DNA of 62,915 bases, the filler included. It is 3 parts of 3 records of this genome, joined end to end, with 100 filler letters (N's around TTAATTAATTAA, not from the genome) between each part and the next. Parts side by side here need not be neighbours in the genome. Positions count along the whole stretch, not along the records: positions 1 to 25,949 come from SRR31156797_1583; 2 more parts are not named here. One strand, written 5' to 3'. A program made the position numbers and the translations under genes. The notes below the pieces were generated by a model. It made no database searches and was not told where the DNA came from. It was given only the letters and a program-made list of their open reading frames with translations. Each line of letters begins with the position of its first letter. The stretch's first letter is position 1. This document shows, in pieces, positions 10,363 through 19,752 of the stretch.

Positions 10363-11007
10363 ATGGAATTTATAGATCTTGGATTAATCCCTCACGGGGA
10401 AGCTGAAAAAATCCAGCTAGATAGACTGAAACAAGTTATGGACGGTACTGCCGGAGATGCTCTTTATCTTTTGGAGCATCCTCCGGTGGTTACTTTGGGA
10501 CGCCAAGGCGGACTTGAAAACCTGCTCATCAGCGAAGAAGCCCTCAAACAGATGGGCGCTGAAGTGGTCCAGACGGCACGGGGCGGCAATATCACCTGCC
10601 ATTACCCCGGACAAATGGTGGTCTACCCGGTCATGCGCATTGAAAAACGGCGCGGCGGCATCAAAAAGTTCTTTCATGACATGGAAGAGACTGCGATACG
10701 CACTGCAGCACGATTCAACGTGGAAGCAGCAAGAAGCGAAGGCAGGCCCGGAGTCTGGGTCGGCCCCGGCAAGCTCTGCTCCATTGGCATCGGGGTCAAG
10801 AAATGGATCACCTACCACGGCTTGTCATTTAATGTTTCCAGTGACATGAAACTTTTCGACGCCATCACCCTCTGCGGGCTGCACGGCGCGCACCCCACTT
10901 CCCTTTCAAGGGAGGCGGGCAAAGAAATTTCTACCGAGGAAGTAAAAAATGTCTTCAGAGAAGAATTCGGAAAAGTATTTACGGATACCGCCGTGGCTGC
11001 GGGTTAA
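10363..11007 (+). CDS. lipB: Lipoyl(octanoyl) transferase
   Basis: LLEHPPVVTLGR, RGGNITCHYPGQ, KLCSIG, HGLSFNV, LCGL. Confidence 0.93.
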   Translation: MEFIDLGLIPHGEAEKIQLDRLKQVMDGTAGDALYLLEHPPVVTLGRQGGLENLLISEEALKQMGAEVVQTARGGNITCHYPGQMVVYPVMRIEKRRGGIKKFFHDMEETAIRTAARFNVEAARSEGRPGVWVGPGKLCSIGIGVKKWITYHGLSFNVSSDMKLFDAITLCGLHGAHPTSLSREAGKEISTEEVKNVFREEFGKVFTDTAVAAG

Positions 11008-11824
11008 ACTGCCCACCGGAAGAACTTTCAACGACACCAGCAAGATGCTGGAAGACCTGAACCTTAACACGGTCTGCCAGTCCGCAAAATGCCCCAACTG
11101 CTGGGAGTGTTTCTCACGCAAGGTGGCGACCTTCCTGATCATGGGCAACAACTGCACCCGCAACTGTGCCTTTTGTAACATCTGTCCCGGACTGATCGAA
11201 CCTCTGGATGCGGATGAACCGCGCCGGGTTTCCGAAGCAGTCAAAAGGCTGGGCCTGAAATATGCGGTTGTAACTTCAGTTACCCGCGACGACCTGCCCG
11301 ACGGTGGTGCGGCCCATTTTGCGGAAACCATCGAACGTATCCGCGCCGAGCATCCTGAATGCAAGGTTGAAGTGCTCATCCCGGATTTCAAGGGCAACCT
11401 TGATGCGCTCAAAGCAGTCATTGCAGCCAAACCGGACGTGATCAACCACAACGTTGAAACCCCGCCCGCCCTCTACCCGGAAATCCGCCCTCAAGCTGAT
11501 TATCAGCAGAGCCTCGAACTCATCGGACGGGTCAAGCAGTTTAGCGACATCCACGCCAAATCAGGCCTCATGGTAGGTCTTGGAGAAACAGACGAGCAGG
11601 TCTATCAGGTCATCGACAATCTCGCGGCAATCAATTGCGACATCATCACCATCGGCCAGTATATGCGCCCCTCCAAAGCACATCCGGCAGTAAAGCGCTA
11701 TGTCGAACCTTCCGTGTTTGATGAATACGCCGAATACGGCAAAAAGCTCGGTGTACCGCACATGTTCTGTGCACCGCTTGTACGCAGCTCATTCAACGCA
11801 GCCGAGGCTTTTGACAAGCTTTAA
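10949..11824 (+). CDS. lipA: Lipoyl synthase (radical SAM)
   Basis: CQSAKCPNCWEC (CX4CX5C), CTRNCAFC, LVRSSF. Confidence 0.96.
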   Translation: MSSEKNSEKYLRIPPWLRVKLPTGRTFNDTSKMLEDLNLNTVCQSAKCPNCWECFSRKVATFLIMGNNCTRNCAFCNICPGLIEPLDADEPRRVSEAVKRLGLKYAVVTSVTRDDLPDGGAAHFAETIERIRAEHPECKVEVLIPDFKGNLDALKAVIAAKPDVINHNVETPPALYPEIRPQADYQQSLELIGRVKQFSDIHAKSGLMVGLGETDEQVYQVIDNLAAINCDIITIGQYMRPSKAHPAVKRYVEPSVFDEYAEYGKKLGVPHMFCAPLVRSSFNAAEAFDKL

Positions 11825-11849
11825 TACATTTTTTCAGACTATTACTCAT

Positions 11850-11886
11850 TACGGAACTTTCATTACGGAAGTTCCGTATTTTTTTT
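11850..11886 (+). terminator. Rho-independent terminator after lipA
   Basis: tacggaactt/aagttccgta 10-bp stem followed by T8. Confidence 0.8.
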
Positions 11887-12147
11887 ACATATTCACCCCA
11901 AAAACAATCCCAAAAATAACACAATCTATTATTCATACTTCTAATTGCAACAAACCACACATCAGCCTGCGTCTAATCTGATTTAAATTTTCCAATCAAA
12001 ACAAAGTCATTCTCCACCATCTCGCCGCATTATAATTGTTTATACGCCCCAACCAAATATTGTTATTTTCTTTACAAAAAAAACAAAAACACGATATCCA
12101 TAAGGCAAAGAACAAATTCACTTAAAAAACACAAAACAAGGTGCAAT

Positions 12148-13365
12148 ATGATCCCGAAAATTCTCTTTATCGATGATGATAAGAATATTCTGGACAGCTT
12201 CAGAGCTACGATGCACGGCCTTCGCAAAGAGTGGAAAAGCCGTTTTGCCTCCACCGGACAAGAAGCACTGAAAATGCTCAACAAGGCTGAATTTGATATT
12301 GTCATTACCGACATGAAAATGGCTGACATGGACGGCAGCAAACTATTAAACAGCGTTGCTGGCATGCAGCCGGACACCATCCGCATAATGCTTTCCGGAC
12401 ACTCCGATATGCAATCATTGCTAAAATCGGCAAAGCACACCCATCAATTCCTGAGTAAACCCTGCAATACAGAAGTCCTGATCGGAACCATCCGCAGAAT
12501 GATAAAACTACGTCCGGTACTCACTGATCATAAGGTCAGGGAAATTGTGACCGGACTTGATACCTTGCCGGCACTGCCGGATTTATACATTGAAATAACC
12601 CGCGAATTAAACAAGCCGGAACCGAACCTGCAAAAACTAAGCGAACTGGTCAAAAAAGATCCGGGCATATCCACAACACTCCTTAAAGTGGTCAACTCGT
12701 CTTTCTTCGGCTTCTATAATTCTGTTTCCTGCCCGGCGCGAGCGACGGTATTGCTAGGAACTGACGTACTTAAGGGCTTAATTCTGGGGGTCAACTTCCT
12801 TCAAGAACTGGATACAGATATCCTCGGACCATATTCCATAGAAAAACTCTGGGATCACTGCCTGCAAACCGGTTATCTTGCTAAAGAAATCTGCTCATTT
12901 ATGGACAAAGACGAACAGACCGTTACTAACTGCTTTGTGGGAGGGTTACTCCACGACATCGGCAAATTCGTTTTTATCACTGAAATGAATAAAAAATATC
13001 AGGAAGTGTTGGAGCACGTCCGTGAATTCGGTGGGCCGGTAATTGAAGTGGAAAAAAAGATTCTTGGCGTCAGCCATGCGGAAGTAGGGGCATATCTACT
13101 TGGATTGTGGGGATTCAACGAAGAAATTGTGGAAATGGTTTACTACCACCACTCTCTTGAAAATTGCGATGAAATGTTCACCCCTACGCACGCAGTCCAT
13201 GCTGCAAATGCACTTCAACATGAACTTCTTCCCCATAGTAAAGGCTATGTTTTTTCAGAATTTAATACAGACAAACTGGCATCAGCAAAACTTTTAAAAT
13301 ATATTAACGACTGGCGCTCTGCATGCAATAACCTACTGGAGACTAACAAGAATGAAGAAGAATAG
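12148..13365 (+). CDS. Response regulator with an HDOD output domain
   Basis: Receiver (DDD, TDMKM, LSG, SKP) plus HDOD (LPALP, DPGI..LLKVVNS, GLLHDIGK, HAEVGAYLLGLW). Confidence 0.88.
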   Translation: MIPKILFIDDDKNILDSFRATMHGLRKEWKSRFASTGQEALKMLNKAEFDIVITDMKMADMDGSKLLNSVAGMQPDTIRIMLSGHSDMQSLLKSAKHTHQFLSKPCNTEVLIGTIRRMIKLRPVLTDHKVREIVTGLDTLPALPDLYIEITRELNKPEPNLQKLSELVKKDPGISTTLLKVVNSSFFGFYNSVSCPARATVLLGTDVLKGLILGVNFLQELDTDILGPYSIEKLWDHCLQTGYLAKEICSFMDKDEQTVTNCFVGGLLHDIGKFVFITEMNKKYQEVLEHVREFGGPVIEVEKKILGVSHAEVGAYLLGLWGFNEEIVEMVYYHHSLENCDEMFTPTHAVHAANALQHELLPHSKGYVFSEFNTDKLASAKLLKYINDWRSACNNLLETNKNEEE

Positions 13366-14479
13366 AGTCCTCTTTGTAGATGATGAACAAAACATACTGG
13401 ATACATATAGAGCCCTACTGCGCAAACGGTTCAAGGTAGACGTTGCATTAGGGCCGGAAGAAGGAATTGAAAAAGTAAAATCCTCCGGACCGTATGCAAT
13501 TGTTGTTTCTGACCTGAAAATGCCCAAAATGGACGGAATCACCTTTCTTACTAAAGTAAAACAGCTTTCCCCGGATACTGTCCGGGTCATGCTTACAGGA
13601 CATGCCGACCTTGAAGCAGCGATTTCTGCAGTTAATGAAGGCTCAGTGTTCCGTTTCCTGACCAAGCCGAGTTCCATTGATGAAATGATCCGTACTCTTG
13701 AAGCGGCCATGAAACAGTACTCTTTGGTCATAGCTGAACGAGAACTCCTGCGCGGCACATTGCGCGGCAGTGTCAAAGTGCTCACCGACATTCTGGCACT
13801 GGTTAACCCTGAAGCATTCGGACGCAGCGAAAGGGTCCGCCGCCTTGCCGGATACGTAGGCCAAAACCTGAACCTGAAACAAACTCTCTACCTGGACCTG
13901 GCTGCAATGCTCGGACAGCTGGGCTGCGTGACCCTGCCGGATACAGTCCTTCAAAAAGTATTTACCGGAGAGGAGCTCACTGCGGATGAACGTGAAGGCT
14001 ACGATATGCACCCCTCGGTAACAGCTGGAATCCTTTCCCAGATTCCACGCATGGAAACTGTCTCTGAAATCATCCAGCATCAGAATGACAGGCTGGACGA
14101 AAATCCCACTATACCGGTGGAATCACGTGTTTTGAAGGCCTGCCTTGATTACGATTCCCTGATCCAACAAAAAATCGACAAGATGGATGCAATAGGCATC
14201 CTGCGCGGCATGGAAGGAATATACGACACCAAAGTTCTGGATGTTCTTGAAAAAGGAACCGCAGGGGAAGACGGATACGTACGTCGTGAAATTGGACTTG
14301 AAGAACTCAAGGCGGGCATGATTCTGGATGAAGGGCTCTGGAGTGAAGACGAAGTTCATCTTGTTGCCGAAGGTACCGAAATGACGGAAACAGCAATCAT
14401 CCGAATCAATAACTTCAGTCGGGCTAAGAAGCTTCCCCCGAGAATTCGGGTCCTTGTCCCGCTAAAATACATTGACTGA
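13352..14479 (+). CDS. Response regulator with a degenerate HD-GYP-like domain (RpfG-like)
   Basis: Receiver (VDDE, SDLKMP, FLTKP); HD-GYP-like region has MLGQLG in place of LHDIGK. Confidence 0.8.
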   Translation: MKKNRVLFVDDEQNILDTYRALLRKRFKVDVALGPEEGIEKVKSSGPYAIVVSDLKMPKMDGITFLTKVKQLSPDTVRVMLTGHADLEAAISAVNEGSVFRFLTKPSSIDEMIRTLEAAMKQYSLVIAERELLRGTLRGSVKVLTDILALVNPEAFGRSERVRRLAGYVGQNLNLKQTLYLDLAAMLGQLGCVTLPDTVLQKVFTGEELTADEREGYDMHPSVTAGILSQIPRMETVSEIIQHQNDRLDENPTIPVESRVLKACLDYDSLIQQKIDKMDAIGILRGMEGIYDTKVLDVLEKGTAGEDGYVRREIGLEELKAGMILDEGLWSEDEVHLVAEGTEMTETAIIRINNFSRAKKLPPRIRVLVPLKYID

Positions 14480-14523
14480 TCGGCCTCCCTCCCCAACCTA
14501 ACCACGTAATAAGCGGAGGAAAA

Positions 14524-15411
14524 ATGAGCTTTAAAAAATCTACTTCTCTTTTCAGTGCAGCCATATTCCTGCTTACTATAGTTATGTTTGCCGGATCAGT
14601 CTTCGCTTCCGATCTTGAACAGATAAAAAAAAGAGGAGTCCTGCGCCATCTGGGAATCCCTTACGCGAATTTTGTAACTGGACATGGAAACGGACTGGAC
14701 GTGGAAGTTATTAAGCTTTTTGCAGCACATCTGGGAGTCAGATATGAATTTGTCGAGTCCAAGTGGTCCACCATTTTCGGAGACCTGACCGGAGCAATGG
14801 TCAAACCTAAAGAAGATGGTATAGAATTTCTGGAAAAAACCTCCATCAAGGGAGATGTTATCTCCAACGGATTGACCAAACTTAAATGGCGCGAAAAAGT
14901 CATAAACTATTCAGAACCGACCTTTCCCACGCAAGTCTGGTGTGTTGCCAAGGGCGATTCCCCACTGCACCCCATCAAACCTAGCGGAGACGTGAATCAG
15001 GATATCCTGGAAGTCAAAAGAATGATCAATGGCAAAAGAGTCATGGGCAAAGCGGGAACCTGTCTTGCGCCAGGTCTTTACGGCATAGATTCCAATGTTG
15101 CCACTATCATTAATTTTCCGGGTAGCCTCAACGATATTGCCCCGGCAATTATTAAAGGGGAGGCTGATGTAGCCCTGCTTGATGTTCCTGATTCGCTGGT
15201 GGCCCTAAACAAATGGCCCGGAATGATCAAGGTTATCGGCCCAGTCTCACCAATGCAGACCATGGGAGCCGGATTTCGCAAGGACTCACCTGAGCTACTC
15301 AGAGCTTTTAATCGTTTTTACGCGAAGCTCAAAAAAAGCGGGGAATACAACAAATTGATAATGAAATACTACCCGGCTGTTTTCAGTTACTATAAGGATT
15401 TTTTTAAATAA
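14524..15411 (+). CDS. Periplasmic substrate-binding protein (family 3/PBPb-like)
   Basis: Signal peptide, DLEQIKKRGVLR, GLDVEV..FAAHLGV, GFRKDSPEL. Confidence 0.8.
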   Translation: MSFKKSTSLFSAAIFLLTIVMFAGSVFASDLEQIKKRGVLRHLGIPYANFVTGHGNGLDVEVIKLFAAHLGVRYEFVESKWSTIFGDLTGAMVKPKEDGIEFLEKTSIKGDVISNGLTKLKWREKVINYSEPTFPTQVWCVAKGDSPLHPIKPSGDVNQDILEVKRMINGKRVMGKAGTCLAPGLYGIDSNVATIINFPGSLNDIAPAIIKGEADVALLDVPDSLVALNKWPGMIKVIGPVSPMQTMGAGFRKDSPELLRAFNRFYAKLKKSGEYNKLIMKYYPAVFSYYKDFFK

Positions 15412-15439
15412 GAATTCTATTCCGCCAAAAGGAGATATT

Positions 15440-18172
15440 TTGTTCAAAAGCAACAAAGCAATGCTTGGGGCACTCTCATTAATAGCTGTCTTCGTAATCT
15501 CCATTATTTGGACAAACTATAGTTCTCAGGTGGATTTGCGTAAGGCATCTTTGCAACAATTCAAAGAATATTCAGGAAGGGAAGCTGATGGTTTCAGTCA
15601 TTTCTTTTCTGAAAGACGTAATGACCTTATTGATCTTTCAACCAGCAGAGAACTCTTAAGCTATTTTGATAACAAGGCTCTGGGGATGTCCCCGGAGTAC
15701 GGTCTGTATGCCAGTCTTGTGCAAATATCCGAACTACTGAGCCGAACAATCAAGATAAAAAAAATCAATAAAAAACCGATCTATACCCGTCTTGCCTTTA
15801 TCGACAAAGACGGAAAAATACTTGCTGACAATGAATATGCCCAAACAATCAAAAAACAATGCAAAGCCCCAATTCCCATGGATCTAACTCCCCAAAAGGT
15901 CCGTATTGTTTTTAATAAAAGTAAGGATCAAACTTGTTTTATACTCATGCTCCCCTACATGTTCAGGGGTGAAAAAGTAGGGACCCTTCTGGCATGGCTC
16001 AATGCCAAAGAGATACTGCCCTTCCGCTCCGGTTCTTCTCCGGATTCAGAGCCGTGCAGCATGAACTATCTGGTCTACAACAAAAACATTTACTCCCCGC
16101 TTAATAATATTCCCCGGCAATTGATTGCAAAAATCACCAGTGGCTGGAAACTGCCAGCAGGCTGGGTAAATGAATTCCCCCTAGAACTTGAACAGCAAGG
16201 CCAATTACAGGAAACCCTGATTGTCCGCTCTTTAGTGGATGGAACCCCGTTTTCACTGTTGAGTATTATCCCTGAGAAAGAACTGATCGGCTCAATCTCC
16301 CCACAGACTCTCCTCATTTACACGCTCCTTGTAGCAGTATTTCTTTTAAGCGGCTGTATTTTCATCATCAGAATTAATGCTCATAACCTTACCCTCAACA
16401 TCCGGGTGGAAGAAGCAGCAAAACAAGCCAAAAAAATCGAGCAGAAAAACAAGCAACTGATCAATGAGATTGAAGCGCGCAGCCGTGCAGAAAACGCCCT
16501 CCGAGAAATTAATGATGAACTCGAAAATCGCGTACAAAAACGGACAGCAGCCCTGAAAGAACGCACTGAAGCCCTTACCCGTGAAGTTTTGGAACGGCAT
16601 GAAGCAGAAGAAGCCATGCGGCTGATATTCAACAACACCCATGATTCAATTTTTATTCATGATGTTGAGGGACAGATTCTGGACGTCAATGACACCATGC
16701 TTGAAACTTATCAGGTAGACATGGGTACAGCCCTCCAAATGTCTATTAAGAACGATTTTTCCGCCCCAGAAATGGATATGGATATTCTGGATGAAAATTG
16801 GCAGAAGGCCGTGGACGGGGAGGAAGTTGTTTTTGATTGGACATCCAGATGTCCCGGCGACGGCAAACTATTTGAAGTGGAAGTTGCATTAAACCGCATC
16901 GAATTAGAAGGAAAACTGGTTATTCTGGCTAATGTTCATGACATATCAGAACAGAAAAAAGCACTGATTCAGCAGGCAGAACATCAAGAATTTCTGGGGA
17001 CCATTTTCGAAGGCATCGGTGCGGCAGTATTCGTATTTGACCCCACTAAAGGCATGATGGTCGATTGTAACAGTGTGGGAGAAAAATTGCTCAACATGAG
17101 CCGAAGCGCAATTCTTAATGCAACATGCCAGACAAAATTTACCTTCACCTCAGATACCCAAAAAGATCTTCTCTGCCCCAACTGGCATGAACAAGGGACA
17201 TATGAAGAGGGAATTCTGTCTCTGCAAGACTCTACACCTTTGCCTGTTTCCCGCCATCTTTTTGAAATCCACATAGGTGGTATGACCCATCTTGTTCAGG
17301 TTGTTTTTGACATCACCGACCGCAAGCACCTTGAGAGAAAGCTGAACATTGCCCAAAAACTGGAATCCATAGGCTTACTGGCCTCAGGGATTGCACACGA
17401 AATCAATACCCCCATCCAATATGTGGGTGACAGCATTGGCTTTGTAAAAGAAGCATATGCCGATACAAATGAACTAATTGATCTTTACGAAAAATTCCTG
17501 ACAGCTGAATCAGCTGATGTGCGCGAAAGTATTCTTGAAGAGGTTGAAAAACTTAAAGATGACATTGATCTGGAATTTATCAGCAGCGAATCCATAAAAG
17601 CCTGTAACCGGGCACTGGAAGGAGTCGAACGGGTAGCCACAATTGTTTTAGCCATGAAAAACTTTTCCCACTCCGCTGACGAAAAAATCAAAGCTGTGGA
17701 TATCAACAAAGCCATCCAGAATACCATCATGGTTTCCCGCAACGAATGGAAATATGTTGCAGACCTTAAGACTGACCTTGAGCCGGACCTGCCACAGGTC
17801 CAATGCCTACCCGGTGCAATCAATCAGGTATTGCTAAACGTGATTGTAAATGCAGCCCACGCCATCGCCGAAAACAAAAAAGATGACCAGAAAGGGACAA
17901 TCTCTGTTGCAACAAAATTTGAGCCTCCTTATGCAAAAATCAGTATCAAAGATACGGGCTGTGGAATTTCAAAAGAAAACATGCATAAAATATTCGACCC
18001 GTTCTTCACCACCAAAGAAGTAGGTAAAGGAACAGGTCAGGGGCTGGCCATTGTCCACGACATCATAATTGAAAAGCATGGCGGAGCCATAGATATCGAA
18101 TCTGAGCAAGGCGAAGGTACAACCTTCATAATCAAACTGCCAATTGAAGGTTGCACGGACACAGAAGCCTAA
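15440..18172 (+). CDS. Membrane sensor histidine kinase with two PAS domains (NtrB-like)
   Basis: Two TM segments around a periplasmic domain, PAS repeats, GIAHEINTP, NAAHA, DTGCG, FFTTK..GTGQGL. Confidence 0.9.
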   Translation: MFKSNKAMLGALSLIAVFVISIIWTNYSSQVDLRKASLQQFKEYSGREADGFSHFFSERRNDLIDLSTSRELLSYFDNKALGMSPEYGLYASLVQISELLSRTIKIKKINKKPIYTRLAFIDKDGKILADNEYAQTIKKQCKAPIPMDLTPQKVRIVFNKSKDQTCFILMLPYMFRGEKVGTLLAWLNAKEILPFRSGSSPDSEPCSMNYLVYNKNIYSPLNNIPRQLIAKITSGWKLPAGWVNEFPLELEQQGQLQETLIVRSLVDGTPFSLLSIIPEKELIGSISPQTLLIYTLLVAVFLLSGCIFIIRINAHNLTLNIRVEEAAKQAKKIEQKNKQLINEIEARSRAENALREINDELENRVQKRTAALKERTEALTREVLERHEAEEAMRLIFNNTHDSIFIHDVEGQILDVNDTMLETYQVDMGTALQMSIKNDFSAPEMDMDILDENWQKAVDGEEVVFDWTSRCPGDGKLFEVEVALNRIELEGKLVILANVHDISEQKKALIQQAEHQEFLGTIFEGIGAAVFVFDPTKGMMVDCNSVGEKLLNMSRSAILNATCQTKFTFTSDTQKDLLCPNWHEQGTYEEGILSLQDSTPLPVSRHLFEIHIGGMTHLVQVVFDITDRKHLERKLNIAQKLESIGLLASGIAHEINTPIQYVGDSIGFVKEAYADTNELIDLYEKFLTAESADVRESILEEVEKLKDDIDLEFISSESIKACNRALEGVERVATIVLAMKNFSHSADEKIKAVDINKAIQNTIMVSRNEWKYVADLKTDLEPDLPQVQCLPGAINQVLLNVIVNAAHAIAENKKDDQKGTISVATKFEPPYAKISIKDTGCGISKENMHKIFDPFFTTKEVGKGTGQGLAIVHDIIIEKHGGAIDIESEQGEGTTFIIKLPIEGCTDTEA

Positions 18173-18178
18173 ACCAAA

Positions 18179-18205
18179 CTTCCCCCGGGCCAAGCCCGGG
18201 GGAAG
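18179..18205. terminator. GC-rich hairpin between convergent genes
   Basis: cttcccccgggc-caa-gcccgggggaag, perfect 12-bp stem. Confidence 0.7.
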
Positions 18206-18239
18206 AAATCAATCAAGCTACGTCAGATAAACAGACCCG

Positions 18240-18959
18240 CTACTTAGTAGTTCTGAAGCTCAAAGAAAATGCGTACCATACACGACGTGTGTCATCGAGA
18301 CGCTTTTCGTACTTACCGATAATAACCTGACGCCCTGCCGATCCGATTTTAACATTGATGGGCTTGGAACTATTAAGGTTTACCAGCTCGGGATGCTCAA
18401 TATTACGGTCGGATGTGGTAGAAATACGTGCTCCAGCAGCAGGCATGGGTTTACCTTCATAATACATCATGACCGGAAGTACATCCCCTTCTTTCAACTT
18501 GGTGGGGTCCTTAAGGGGCACAATTTCAGCACGCTGTCCAATGGGCTTCTCCATACTGTCCATCCAGTTGAGGATTGTCTTGGAGAGCTTGTAAGAACGA
18601 CCTTCATCAATAATCTTGCCGCAAACCTGTCTGGGAAGATCAAAATTCTGCCAGCCGCCTTCTTCAGTATGGTACCAATACTTGTTATCGAACTCTACTG
18701 TAAGCATGGTGTATACGTCATCAAGCCATGCGTAAGCTTCACCCTTGTTATACACAGGTTCAAGAGGAGTCTTCCAGTTACTCTCGTTGATCCCGGTCAG
18801 GGCAGTGATACGACTGATAGGGTACGGGTCGGTTGATCCGGGATGACCGTACATAAGGTGAGCCTTTCGTCCTTTTTTCTCCAGCCACATATCATGAGCG
18901 GAGCAAATAGAGGCAAAAGCCATAACAAAAGCCATTGCCAAAACAATTTTCTTCATCAT
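18240..18959 (-). CDS. DUF4198-family periplasmic protein (metal-uptake associated)
   Basis: Signal peptide ending ..SA-HDMW, YGH, AEIVPL.DP, YEGKP; AAGGAG ribosome-binding site just upstream of 18959. Confidence 0.72.
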   Translation of the reverse strand: MMKKIVLAMAFVMAFASICSAHDMWLEKKGRKAHLMYGHPGSTDPYPISRITALTGINESNWKTPLEPVYNKGEAYAWLDDVYTMLTVEFDNKYWYHTEEGGWQNFDLPRQVCGKIIDEGRSYKLSKTILNWMDSMEKPIGQRAEIVPLKDPTKLKEGDVLPVMMYYEGKPMPAAGARISTTSDRNIEHPELVNLNSSKPINVKIGSAGRQVIIGKYEKRLDDTRRVWYAFSLSFRTTK

Positions 18960-18976
18960 ATTTCTCCTTGTTTGAT

Positions 18977-18995
18977 TATGAAAATGAATTTCATT
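18977..18995. promoter_or_regulatory. Probable Fur box upstream of the DUF4198 gene
   Basis: taTGAAAATGAATTTCAtt is a near match to the deltaproteobacterial Fur consensus WWTGAAAATNATTTTCAWW and lies next to the RBS. Confidence 0.6.
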
Positions 18996-19197
18996 TCCAC
19001 TGGAAAGTAGCAATACAAATACAGAAATCAAAAGTCAACAACAATCACACTTCAAACTGGTTCCTTGACCTTTACGGTTAATTGTTGCAATCCATTGATG
19101 CGGTCGGGGTGATAACTTGGGAGCCTTGCTATTCGGCAATAATTATCAATCCGGATCCGTCTCCGCACGTGATTCTGCGCCCAACAAGAGGATTACA

Positions 19198-19710
19198 ATG
19201 CGCCATATTTTTCCAACAATTCTGCTGCTGACATCTGTTTTATTCAGCACTGCCTGCTCAGCAATAGCTGAAGTAAAACATACCGACCATATCATTGCGG
19301 GCTACATCGAAAACGTATCCATCAAAATCTGGGATCGCGAAGCACCGATTATCATGGAAGCCAAACTGGATACCGGTGCGGACAGTTCTTCGCTGCATGC
19401 CACCGACATCGTGATAAACAAGGATAAGAAACAGGTCTCATTCACTATCACCGACCAGCATGGTACCACCCAACGTATAACATGCCCCTATGCCCGGATC
19501 GTACGTATTAAAAAACGCCCTTCCGGCTACCAGCGCAGGCCAGTCATTCCGGTACAACTCAAGATCGGCCCCAAAACATTTGAAGCTTTCGTCAACCTGA
19601 CTGACCGCAGCAACTTTTCATACAAAATGCTCATCGGAAGAAAAGAACTGCGGCACGGCCTCCTCATTGATTCCTCACGCCACCATCGGCTCAGTAAGTC
19701 CGCTAAGTAA
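19198..19710 (+). CDS. RimK-associated retropepsin-like (RimB / 'ATP-dependent Zn protease' family) peptidase, exported
   Basis: AKLDTGADSSSLHA, VRIK, RRPV, NLTDRSNF.YKMLIGR; N-terminal signal peptide. Confidence 0.8.
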   Translation: MRHIFPTILLLTSVLFSTACSAIAEVKHTDHIIAGYIENVSIKIWDREAPIIMEAKLDTGADSSSLHATDIVINKDKKQVSFTITDQHGTTQRITCPYARIVRIKKRPSGYQRRPVIPVQLKIGPKTFEAFVNLTDRSNFSYKMLIGRKELRHGLLIDSSRHHRLSKSAK

Positions 19711-19752
19711 GAAATCGCATTCAAACCGTGAACTATTACGGGAAGAACTACT

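Noticed and set aside
10949-11007. 59-bp lipB/lipA overlap
   Set aside because: Both proteins are complete, so this is an ordinary operon overlap with no sign of recoding.
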